64,000 nt of DNA from Leucoraja ocellata (Eukaryota): positions 930,001 to 994,000 of the forward strand of contig JAWMAR010000013.1 of assembly GCA_036785375.1 (NCBI GenBank), read 5' to 3'. The translations under genes and the position numbers were made by a program. Positions 1 through 12,225 of the stretch are shown here, one piece after another; positions within the stretch are counted from its first letter, which is position 1, and every line of letters begins with the position of its first letter. Under the pieces are notes generated by a model. The model was not told the origin of the DNA. It was given only the letters and a program-made list of their open reading frames with translations, and ran no database searches.

Positions 1-175
1 ATCCCAAAGAAGTGTGGGTTTGTAGGCTAATTGGCCTCTGTAAATTGCCCCAAGGATGTAGGGAGTGAATGAGAAAATTGGTTGACGTAGAACCAATGTG
101 AATGGGCGGTCGATGGTTGGTGGGGACTTGGTGGGCTAAAGGGCCTGTTTCCATGTAGTATCTCTAAACTAAAGT
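1..175 (+). mobile_element. 3' part of tRNA-derived HE1-like SINE
   Basis: TTTGTAGGCTAATTGGC...TAAATTGCCC body and GGGCCTGTTTCC...CTAAACTAAA tail match the fuller copy at 57982-58270. Confidence 0.6.
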
Positions 176-2587
176 TATCATGTTGAAATGAAGATGCTGT
201 AAATTGATTCCCAAAACTAATCCATTATATATTATTGTGCTTTATATTGTCAATAGATTTGTTCTTAACAGTCTACGAATGTGGGTTTTTCATGTTTCAT
301 GTGCTGGATCCAGGATCTTCACCAAAGCTCTGGGTCTTGGGTAGGGGCTGATGACCAGGATAAAGTGCTGAGCATCATATTTTGAGCTCCATCGGGGTTC
401 TATCAGGATCAATAGTTTAGGGGGCTTATGTTTTCTGAGTGATCCGTGTAAAGTCAATTTTCTCCCGCAGAATGCTGGGGAAAGAAGTATAACAATATTG
501 TCCCTTATCTGCTATTTAAGCAGCTAATGAGAAATTATTTTACAAAGCTCTCAAGGTCATTGTATTAAATATTCAACTAACTTTTAATATTAACAAATCT
601 TAAGGAATGTTAAAAAAAATATCTGCAACATATTGCAGCAGAAGAATATGATGGCATCTGGTGATATCAACAGATCCTACGGCATTCAAATTTTCAAGCA
701 TTTAAATAAATACATTTCCCAAGTTAAATCAAGAAGTTAACACCAACCATTCTGAAAAACAACAATATTCATCACCTTTAACTTCAACTGTAAGAAATGT
801 AAGAAAGACATTTCTCCGAGGGTTTTTCCATCTGGTTTATAATGAATGCTCTGCATTTATTGATAGAGTGTGCGATGGAGACACAGCCATGTTGTGATTC
901 TGGGAATCCTCAGCTTTATATTACAAAGCATCAATTCATATAGGAGAAGAAACAAAGTTTGTTGACTCTATATAGTGCTGAAACACAGCGAGTGTTTATC
1001 TTATTGGATGTTTAGATTACCATCCTTGCTTTTTTGCTGGCAGAATGTAATCAAAGATAGAAAAGGGGATTTTGCAGTATTATAGTGTGTGCCTGATAAT
1101 TGTACGGCCTCAGCCATTAAAATAGTGTGATCATTATTGTGATTGTATGTGAATATAAATCTCAGATCTAGCTGGTAATATTATAAACAGCAAAAGCAAT
1201 GCTTTAGAATAGTAAACTATAACCCAATATTAGATTACAGCCATAAATTAATCCTTAGCACATGATGCTTTTTATATGTGTAGCTTTTCTGTCATTTACA
1301 ATAAAAACAAATTTACATAAGAGAAAGAAAGATTCCAGAATATGATAATGGTATCAAACAGAGCCCACATGTAGCGCATGACTGAGGGGACAAAATTGAT
1401 TTTCAGCCATTTAAGTTTTCTCAAGGTCTTGGTGCCTGCTACTTGAAAATACTTGGATTATTAATTTGTCATATTTGCTCATACTTAATGTCTTTAATAG
1501 AGTGAATTGATGGGGTGGGGAGGAAGAGGGCAGAAAGGTAGAGGGACAAATGGGACAAAATAATTCACCTCATCATTCAAGGAGCACACTTGTAGCTCCT
1601 ACACCTAATACAATGACTTGCCTTACTACAAAATTCACAACATTGTATCTTAAGTAGAATCATTACATTAATTTGGAGGCGTTACTCCATAATATGAAAC
1701 AAAAGCAGTTTGGAACCTACAATAACACAATATATTACAGGCTGAATTTGTTAAAATCTGCTGCAAGTATTAGTTGTACAAATTTAAAGGATTAGAACAG
1801 GAAGAAAATAGACAGGGGGGCACTCAGAAATAAAAAGAATCTTCAAAATTGTTGTCATTGGAATATGCTTTGAAGGAAACAAGCTGTGGCTAAGCCCCAT
1901 CCAAAATTTCTCTGCATATTACATTTTTCAATTCCTAGGACACCCTGTAAGTATGTGTCCCATTAGCATATGTCAGTAATCATTTTATAAGTTGCCTGTC
2001 AGCCCAAGGCTGTTCTACCAGGTAATGTCAAGGAAAGAACACGACCCTCCAGTGTTCAGCAGATTGTGTGAATCGCTGGAGATCTGAGGGGGCAGCGTAC
2101 ACACCATACTCAATCCCTCACCCTCTCCATCGCTTCCTCTGCATTCCTGAAACTCAGACTGCTGGGATATAACCATCTGCCTGCCTTAACGATGGCATCC
2201 TTGGTCTATTCTGGAAATTAGGTGGATGATAACAATTCCAGACATAAACAAATGAAGAATGAATATATATTCATTAGGTGCCTTTAAGAATCAGGCTTAA
2301 ATGTGCTCGGTACAGTGGTGTGACTGCATTGTGTTGCAATGAAAATGACAATTTTTCAGCAATTACTGACCTTCCCTGCCAAACCCTTATCTCTTATTCA
2401 CTTGTACCTATAAAAACTCTTACTTGCCTTCAGCTCGGCCATCCTCTGCTTCAGCCCTCGTTTTTGTTCTTGAGCTGAAGGGACAGAGTGTGAATATGAC
2501 AAACCTGTACATTGCCAGATGCAGCTCTAGCACATAAAGCTGGTTATGGCCATACTGCCAACTGGTAAAACAGCTCACCTCATGGGT

Positions 2588-3218
2588 ATTCCTGGGCATG
2601 CACATCTCTGAAGATCTCTCCTGGTCCGAGAACACTAATGCAATTATCAAGAAAGCTCATCAGTGCCTCTACTTCCTGAGAAGATTACGGAGAGTCGGTT
2701 TGCCAAGGAAGACTCTCTCTAACTTCTACAGGTGCACAGTAGAGAGCATGCTGACTGGTTGCATCGTGGCTTGGTTCGGCAATTTGAGCGCCCTGGAGAG
2801 GAAAAGTACAAGAAAAGACTAGAAAAAGTAGTAAACACTGCCCAATCCATCATCGGCTCTGACCTTCCTTCCATCGAGGGGATTTATCGCAGTCGCTGGC
2901 TCAAAAAGGCTGGTAGTATCATCAGGTAGAAGGTACAGGAGCCTGAAGACTGCAACAACCAGGTTCAGGAATAGCTACTTCCCCACAGCCATCAGGCTAT
3001 TAAACCTGGCTCGGACAAAACTCTGATTATTAATAACCCATTTTCTGTTATTTGCACTTTATCAGTTTATTTATTCATGTGTGTATATATTTATATTATG
3101 GTATATGGACCCATGTATCTGTTTTGTCTACTATGTTCTGTGTGCTGAGGCAAAGCAAGAATTTCATTGTCCTATACAGGGACACATGACAATAAACTCA
3201 CTTGAACTTGAACTTGAA
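2588..3218 (+). mobile_element. 5'-truncated Rex1/Babar-type non-LTR retrotransposon (ORF C-terminus and 3' UTR)
   Basis: Broken ORFs KKAHQCLYFLRRLRR...LSNFYRCTVESMLTGCIVAWFGN and LEKVVNTAQSIIG resemble the Rex1 post-RT region; AATAAA followed by a (CTTGAA)3 tail at 3201-3218. Confidence 0.75.
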
Positions 3219-6200
3219 CATTGGGTGCTGTCTTCACATTCTCCCCATAATTGCATGGGTTTCCTTTGGGTGCTACAGTTTCCTCCCACATCCCAAAGAT
3301 GTGCACAATTGGAGGTCAATTTGTCCTAGTATGTAAGGGAGTGGTAGAATGGAGTTGATGAGAAGAAATCATATTCTGAATTTAGACTTTGGGTAAAATG
3401 GGTGGTTGATGATGTACATTAATTTGGTGTGTTGGAGGCTCTGTTTCCATTTTGCTATGAATAACCTGCTGAGGTTTCTTCACTCCCTATTTATGGTTTC
3501 TTGACCACCACTGAACTGCAATAGAAACTCAGATGCATCCGTACCACCATGAGATTACCACACATTCTTTGAAAATAAATTTACGCTAACAAAAAAAACA
3601 AAAACATTTGTATGGTATTTTTAGAACATTCTAACTCCTAACATTTAAGTTATCCATTAAAACAAATAAACATGATTCTTTTTTTAAAGTCTGCAGATGT
3701 TGGAAATCAAAATTATGACCAGTAAATGCTGGAAACTCAGACATTCAAGCAGCATATCTGGGAAGTGAAACATAGCTAACCAGTCAGGTCAAACTGGTTT
3801 CATCAAAATTAATTTATTTTTTGTTGTTTTCTGAAAAAAAACTTCATTTGAACATCTCAAAGCAAATGAAAAATTAATTGAATGTTCTCGTTACTACAGT
3901 TCTTATTCATCCTGAGTGTAAGACAAACATCATTACAAAATTAATCTACTTCCTTACCTGCGAGGCTTGACTTCCTCTGTCTTGGTGTAATTAGCCTGTG
4001 ATTTAGTTAATGGTGTTGCTGTTAAACAAAGCCAGAGATTTCTGTTCAATGCTTACACTCTCAATTCAGCAGGTCAACTACCACAGTTTACCCATAAATA
4101 TGGTGAGAACTACTTATTTTTGTACATCGATCTTCCAACTAATTATTTTTACAGGATTATTTTATTGCCTAATGACCTGAAATCAAATACAGTTTGCTGA
4201 AATAATTAGATTCAATAAGAGAAGAGAAGAACCTTATATTTTTCATGATACTAGAACTTTTTACTGGTAGCTTAGTTAAAATCAAGATTTATCTCAGTAG
4301 GTAATCTCTAAATCTCCCACTGAGATATGATTATGATTTTCCAATGATTTAATTAATCCCACATCTAGCTTGGGGACAAAATATTTTCTTTAGGATTTAG
4401 AGTCACAGAGACATGCAGCATGGAAACAGGTCTTTTGGCTCAACTCGTCCATGCACAATAGGTTTTATAGCTAAGCCATTTGCTCATGTTTGACCAATAT
4501 CCCTCTAAACCTTTCCTATCCATGTACCTATGTAAATGTATTTTATATGTCACCATTGTATCCGCCTCTGCAGCTTCCTCTGGCAACTTCTTCCATTTAC
4601 ACACCACCTCTACATGAAGAAATAACTTCTCAGGTCTCTTTTAAATCTTTCCTCTCTCAGCATAATTTGTGCTGCAGGTCAATAACATGACTGTGGGGCT
4701 AAAGGGAGTGGAGTGAAAATTAATTCAACAGGAAAATAATGGGGCACCGTATTTGATCTTCACAGCAGCACATTAGAACAGTAGAGAAAGTTTAAATTAA
4801 TCAGCTTCCTATTTAGTATGACGGAATGGAAAAATATAAATTAGAACTATTTCCACTTGAATAAAAGCAAGGAAGGATAAATTGATAGAGATATTTAAAA
4901 TTAAGAGATTCAGCATGTTGCATGGAAATGAATACCTAGAAGCTCATCCCCATTTGCTAGATATACTGCATAATAATGGCAGTTGAAGTTAATAGAATGT
5001 AATTTCATAAACAAAGTAAAATGCATTAATCAGCACTGACCAAGGATAAATGCCTGACAAGAATGTTTTCAATAAATGAGAGATCTGGAGCAAGGGACAG
5101 AGGTGTAAGGTTAAACAAAAAAAATATTCAAACAAAGAAAATAATTTACACGGAGAGTTGTAGCAGAGACCATGTCAACACAAGGTTAATGTCGGTAGCT
5201 TGAGGAAAAGGAAATAATGTTCTGTAGGGATGGTTGGAAATATAGGGATCATAGCAATCAATCAGTTGTAGGATTAGGTATTTTAGGTGTAAATCTTTGT
5301 AATTGCAACTTTTGCTCATGGACTTCCTTTGACATGGAAAAACTTTCCAAAACACTTCCCAAAAGTGTAAAAAAAACAGGCAAAATTGGCTATTCAAATA
5401 AATTGGATCCAGCAGCTCATTCTTGGTTCTTAATGCTGTTTTTATATCCCAAATGCAAACTAGATACTTATGGGTTCAAATGTGAAACTTGCATTATTCT
5501 TAAAATATTCTAAGTTCAGAAGCAGATTAATTCTCCTAGACGTTAGCCCCTCAGTTCCTGAAAATTCTAATTTCTCACTTAAAAGCTCCGACTCAGGTTT
5601 TCAGGTTATGCCTCAGCTTTATATGTCTTTAGCACACATCGTGTACTGTTGAGGTTTCTGAGAAAACCCTAAAAAATGAATAATTAGCCTTGGTGGATTG
5701 AATGCTGATGTACTCAAAACCTTACTAGATCTCTCAGTGTTAGGTTATGAGGAGAAATGACGTAAGCTTATATTCCCAAACATATCAAACGTTACAACTG
5801 ATGTTCGAAAAGAATTGATGGAGTAGATCCAAGGATTGATGGAGTAGATCCTGACAGTAGCAGTATCCAGGGCATTAAGATTTAACCTGGAGATTAGGCT
5901 GAAACTAGAAAACAATTCTTCAAGCATAATGTGAATGCATCCAACTTTTTCCCACAAAAAGTACCAGCTGGTGACTCATTTATCAATTCCAAATTCAGGG
6001 GTTCAGTACATTTTTGCTGTTCAAGCGTTTTGTTATTAAAGGATGTTATTCAGGGGTGGACAGATGGAATTAGGACAGGTAGGCCATGTTCCCTCTGAAT
6101 GACAGGGTACAGTTAAGGGATGAATGTCCTATACCATGTTCCTGTTTCTTTTCAAAGATGATTATTGAAAATAGAATGGCCTAGATTTTGCTCAGAATTT

Positions 6201-7363
6201 ACGACTTTAAGCCAGAACTGCTGCAAAGGAAACTTCCTCAACAAATCTGGGTCTAGACCAGCAAGATCTCATGCAACACAGAGATCGATTATCGATCGAA
6301 TTACGATGCTTGGATACAAGTCACACCCACAAAGCATAAGCAGCAGCTAAAATTGTCAAACAGCTCAAATATTTGTGAATTACAACAAAACAAATCTTCT
6401 GATCTCAGATTTTAAATTATTAATCAGTGTCAAAGAGCCATACAGCACGGGAACAGGCCCTTCGGCCCAACTTCCCCATGCTGACCAAGCAGCCCCACCT
6501 GTTCTAGTCCCACCTTCCAACCAGGCCCATATCCTTCTAAACCTTTGTGCTGGTTTTTGAGAGAGATATTTACATTCTTCCAACATATGCCTAAGAAATC
6601 TAATTTCTCACTTGGCCTTGGCTCTGTTTTCATTGTTATGACCCATGGGTATGTGCAAGAGTTTTGGCAACTTCTAATAGCAGTCAATGTCTCTCTACCT
6701 ACTTCATCAATTCCTTTCAAAATCCTAAAACCCAAGACTATAAGTTTTATATTCCAGGGTACAAAGCGTGCCTTATCTCTGCTCAGAATCAAACCTAGTG
6801 CAATCTTGTAAGATTTTCTCCATTCAAATATTATGACAATTATGCTCATGGCAACATGGCCAAACCACAATCGAAAAGTAGCCCTAAAACATTTGGGAGT
6901 CAGTCGAAGGACAGCCTATCCTAAAATGACTCGTTTGAGGACAGTGGACTATATATAGGATAATTGGGAATTGGCCTTGTTCCTCTTCATTCAAAGCCAG
7001 GCAACATAATGTTTCCAAGAAATTCCAGGTAGACAGAAATTGATATCATGCTAATTTATCCAGGCACAATGAGGAATTTTGTCTTTCCAGGTTACTCCTG
7101 TTTCTAAACATTAGGACTCCTCTTGTATATCTCTGTTTGGTATGCATGGAATCTCAGTAACAAACTTAAATTATCAAAGGATACTCTATGTGCTTTTGAA
7201 GCAATTGCTTTTCAGAAACAAGGTTAGACATGGCAATGTTCAAACCGTACTGCATTTAATAGCAGTCACTGCATTTACACAATTTCATACTTACATCTTT
7301 AATAAATTCAAAATAGTATTAGCAGTCTCTAATGCTGAATGTAAGTCTTCTGGTCACTCATTT

Positions 7364-7562
7364 GGGCCTGTCCCACTTATGCAATTTATTTTGTAGACTT
7401 GCCGACAGCTGTCTTAGCCGCAGCAGGCCGCCGAAAATTTTCAACATGTTGAAAATCCTACGGTGACCAGAAACAGGTATGACTCTTTGGGCGACAACTC
7501 ACGGCCATACAGGCGACATGTCGCGGGGTGACAGGTCACCGCTGGAGCTTCAACATGTTGAA
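7364..7562. mobile_element. One-ended Harbinger-type MITE fragment
   Basis: Starts GGGCCTGTCCCACT, the same terminus as the MITEs at 19179 and 19297, and carries the TTCAACATGTTGAA palindrome also seen at 19830-19851. No second terminus found. Confidence 0.6.
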
Positions 7563-7563
7563 A

Positions 7564-8873
7564 CTTGAGATGTTTCTACAACTTGATTGGAGTCCACCAG
7601 TGGTAAATTAAATTGATTTAGAAAGGCACACGCCTATTTATATAAGGTCCCACAGTTGACAGTACATGTCGGTGCAAAAACCAAGCCATTAAGACAAAAT
7701 AATTGTCCGTAGACCTCCGAGACAGGATTGTGTCGAGACATAGATCTGGGGAAGGGTATAAAACAATTTCTGCAGCATTGCAGGTCCCGAAGAGCATGGT
7801 GGCCTCCGTCATTCTTGAATGGAAGAACTTTGGAACCACCAGGACTCTTCATAGAGCTGGCTGCCCGGCCAAACTGAGCAGTCGGGGGAGAAGGGCCTTG
7901 GTCAGGGAGGTGACCAAGAACCCAATGAGCACTCTGACAGAGCTCCAGAGTTCCTCTGTGGATATGGGAGAACCTTCCAGAAAGACAACTATGTCTGCAG
8001 CACTCCACCAATCAGGCCTTTATGGTAGAGTGGCCAGACGGAAGCCACTCCGAGGTAAAAGGCACACAGAGTTTGCCAAAAGGCACCTAAAGGACTGTCA
8101 GACCATGACCTCTTTGGAATTGAACTCATTGGCCTGAATGCCAAGCGTCATGTCTGGAGGAAACCAGGCACCGCTCATCACCTGGCCAATACCATACCTA
8201 TGGTGAAGCATGGTTGTGGCAGCATCATGCTGTGGGGATGTTTTTCAGTGACAGGAACTGGTCAGGATTAAGGGAAAGATGAATGGAGCAAAGCACAGAG
8301 AGATCCTTGATGAAAACCTGCTCCAGAGCGTTCTGGACCTCAGACTGGGGTGGAGGTTCACCTTCCAACAGGACAACGACCCTAAGCACACAGTCAAGAC
8401 AACATGGGAGTGCCTTTGTTACAAGTCTTCGAATGTCCTTGAGTGGCCCGGATTTGAACCCGATCGAACATCTCTGGAGGGACCTAGAAATAGCTGTGCA
8501 TCGACACTCCCCATCCAACCTGATAGAGCTTGAGAAGGCCTGCAGAGAAGAATGGGAGAAATTACCCAAATACAGGTGTGCCAAGCTTGTGCCATACCCA
8601 AGAAGACTTGAGGCTGTAATCGCTGCCAAAGGTGCCTCAACAAAGTACTGAGTAAAGGGACTGAATACTTTTGTAAATGTGATATTTCAGTTATTTCTTT
8701 TTATTTACTTTGCAAAATTTCTAAACACTTGTTTTTGCTTTTTTTATTATGGGGTATTATCTAGTGTATATTGTTGATTTAAAAAAATGAATTTAACCCA
8801 TTTTAGAATAAGGCTGTAATGTAACAAAATGTGGAAAAAAGTGAAGTGGTCTGAATACTTTCTGAATGAACTG
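7564..8873 (+). mobile_element. Degenerate Tc1 (IR/DR type) DNA transposon, left end missing
   Basis: Transposase fragments SVDLRDRIVSRHRSGEGYK...GRVARRKP, FQQDNDPKHT and PDLNPIEHLW...AVIAAKGASTKY. The right IR has an inner DR at about 8657-8679 and ends CTGAATACTTTCTGAATGAACTG followed by TA (8874-8875). Start codon and frame are disrupted. Confidence 0.92.
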
Positions 8874-10834
8874 TAAGTCACTCCAACATCAAGTGTATAG
8901 TTCCTGATGTGTATTCTACAGACAATGTGATTGCCAGTGTAAAATCAATGCAAGATATCATGGACTCATAGATTCAGCATAGGAGCAGACCCATTAGTCC
9001 ACTGCATCTATGCCAATTATCATGCCTATCTATAACAATCCCATGCATTCATTTAATATCCCTCTGCCTTTTTTCCGATCATTGATTAGGCTAAAGGTTT
9101 CTCTATGATAGAGTATTTTAAAAATAATAGAAGTTCCTACGCCTTTAGAATAACAATAAAGTGAAGAGTATGTGGGATTTTCTTCTGGATATGATGAACA
9201 TTTTAGTGATAGGATGAACAGGAATATATTTCACTTAAAATAGACTGGGAATAAATGGGACAAGATAGTGACTGACACAGAAAGGTTTATGAGCACATGT
9301 GGAGGAAGATAACAATATCAGGACCAGAACTGTCATTGGGTTCAAAGAACAAAGACTTTAAAACACTTTGCTGGGATAATGGAATAAGAACAGAAAGTAC
9401 TGGAAACTCTCAGCAGGGCAGGCAGCAGCTGTGGAAAAAGAAGCAGAGTTAAGTTTTGAGGCTGAGACCCTTCCTCAGAACTGGAAAGGTGAGTCCAGAA
9501 CATTTTTACCTTTGAATCAGAATGTTACCTATTTTAGTACCACAAAGGAATCTCAACATATAATATATGATCTGCTCCGGTTCAGTGTTATAATGTTATC
9601 CTTCAGACAAGTTGTTAAAACAAACTCCTGCGTATCTGCTCATGCAAGTAAAAAATGCACAATTCAAACCAAGGCAGTTGGGTCCCGATCAACATTCCTT
9701 CCTCAAAATTTCACCAATGGCTGTTTTTGGCAATTTATCGTACATGATAGTTACATTAGCTTGCACGTCATTACTGTAGATAATTCCTTGTATGTTTGGC
9801 ACTTGAAAATCTTTTGCTGACTAAAAGGAAGATGGTTTACGAACTGATGAAAGGGAATGAAACTGTGACATCCCCTCTTTTGCACCAAGCTGACATGTAA
9901 ATGCTTGTAAATAAAACAGCCTTTAAAATAATGGACAGAGAATGCCATGCAAATGCATTAAATGTTCAATTACTACCAGCAGTATTTTTTAGCCTTGGCT
10001 CTACTGGAAATAGAAGCAGTAATTATTAAACAATTAAAGTGCTCAGAACAAGGTTTGCAGCACCACAGTAGGGAGAGAAACATTCTGGTAGCATCGAGAT
10101 CCAACTCCCTGTCAAAGTGTTTGTAACATCAAGAGCCAACTCCCTGTCAAAAGTATGGTGTACGCAATCTATTGTGTGCTTATTAATTATCATTTTTACC
10201 ATTTGGAGTTCACATCCTAGGCCATTCTAATAAAATATATATGATCTATCTTCCCAGGCATTGTGTGATAAAAACACAATCTGGCCTCCGAGGTGAGTAT
10301 GTAAACAAGCTAAGAACAGAGTATGGAAAACAAATAACTTCTCCAATATCCTCACAAAGAGTCCAGTAGTTTCTGGTTCACATTAAATAATGAAATCCCA
10401 CAAAGAGAAATCCTAACATGATTTCTAATCATTTATATTAAATTAAATGAGAATGCTCAAGGAAAAGGTAATTGAAACCTTTCATGGCAGGAAGCATCCT
10501 CTCCCTCTCACAGAGGAAATACACTTAACCAATTTCCAGGAGTTCCTCTGGTATAATGTGGCTGGTTTGGATTGTGCTAGCCACCGGCCAGCTCTGCTGG
10601 TCTTGATCCAAGGTATGTGCAGGACCATGATATATGACTGCCACTTCCCAGTTTTCTGCCACGAGCTTGCACCATTCTTAACAGGGAGGTAAGCCAAAAG
10701 AGTATAAAAGTGCACCTCTGTAGAAAGGACTGTAATTCTCACCTCAATAAGATTATCCCTCAGCCTCCCGGGCTCCAATGAATAACATCCTTGCCTGCCT
10801 AAGCTCTCCCTTTAACAATTCCTTTGAGTCATGG

Positions 10835-11506
10835 CAGTGAAGAAAGCTAATGGCATGTTGGCCTTCATAACGAGAGGATTTGAGTATAGGAGCAAAGAGG
10901 TCCTTCTGCAGTTGTATAGGGCCCTAGTGAGACCACACCTGGAGTATTGTGTGCAGTTTTGGTCTCCTAATTTGAGGAAGGACATTCTTGCTATTGAGGG
11001 AGTGCAGCGTAGTTTAACAGGATTAATTCCTGGTATGGCGGGACTATCATATGATGAAAGAATGGAGCAACTGGGTTTGTATTCACTGGAATTTAGAAGG
11101 ATGAGAGGGGATCTTATAGAAACATATAAAACTATCATGGGACTGGACGTGCTAGATGCAGGAAACATGTTCCCGATGTTGGGGGAGTCCAGAACCAGGG
11201 GCCACAGATTAAGAATAAGGGGTAGGCCATTTAAAACTGAGATGAGGAAAAGCTTTTTCACCCAGAGAGTTGTGAATTTAGGGAATTCTCTGCCGTGGAG
11301 ACAGTGGCAGTGGCAGTGGAGACCGATTCACTGGATGCATTCAAAAGAGAGTTAGAGCTCTTAGGGTTAGTGGAATCAAGGAATATGGGGAGAAGGCAGG
11401 AAAGGGGCACTGATTGTGGATGATCAGTCATGATCACATTGAATGGCGGTGCTGGCTCGAAGGGCCAAATGGCCTACTCCTGCACCTATTTTCTATGTAT
11501 TTATGT
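10835..11506 (+). mobile_element. CR1-clade LINE 3' fragment nested in an older opposite-strand CR1
   Basis: ORF KKANGMLAFITRGFEYRSKEVLLQLYRALVRPHLEYCVQFWSP...RRMRGDLIETYK is the CR1 ORF2 C-terminus, followed by the 3' UTR and a TATG-type tail. The flanks (about 10740-10834 and 11507-11900) read as minus-strand CR1. Confidence 0.9.
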
Positions 11507-11904
11507 AAACATCTTCATAAATCTTCTCTGCATTCTTTCCAGCTTAATGCCATCTTTCTCAAAGCAGAATGTCCAAAACTGAACACGATACTCCAAATGT
11601 TGCCTCATCAATATCTTGTATAACAGTAACATAACGTTTCAGCGTATATACTGAATTTACTGACCGATGAAAGCTAACATGCCAAAAGCCTTCTTCAATC
11701 CCTATTTATCTGAGATACCACCTTCAGGGAACTATGCACTTGTATTCCTAGATCCCTCTACTCTACAGCGCTCTCCGGGGCCCTGCCATTCACAGTAAAG
11801 GTCCTGCCCTGGTTTGACTTCCCAAAATGCCACGCTTCACATTTATCAGAATTAAACTCCCTAAGCCATTCCTCAGATGACTGCCCAGTTGATCAAGGTC
11901 CAGT

Positions 11905-12225
11905 CATATGGAGATACTGCACGAAAACAAGCCCTTCAACCCATCAACCATCAAATACCTATTTATACTAATCCGACATTTGTCCCTTTTCTCCGCATAT
12001 TCTCATTGATTTCCCTCAGGTTGTACCACTGTATATGCTTTATAGTAGCCAATTAATCTACCAACCTGCGTTGGGAATGTGGGAGGAAACTCATCATACG
12101 TGGGAAATCGATGTAGTCACACAGGGGACCTGCAAACTCCACATATACAGCACCCTGGGTACGGATTGATCTCAATCTCTGGCACTGTGACGTAGTGGTT
12201 CTAACATCTGTGCAACTGTGCCAAC
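11905..12225 (-). mobile_element. Decayed HE1-like SINE
   Basis: Reverse complement resembles the SINE at 57982-58270 (GCCAATTAA...CTAC, TGCAAACTCC, TCTCTGGCACTGTGA). Confidence 0.5.

Noticed and set aside
7437-7456. CAACATGTTG as a p53 response element
   Set aside because: A single half-site with mismatches at both ends; better explained as a MITE-internal motif.
10101-10151. 16-bp direct repeat CCAACTCCCTGTCAAA, and a similar 17-bp repeat near 5814-5851
   Set aside because: Isolated small local duplications with no array or element between them.
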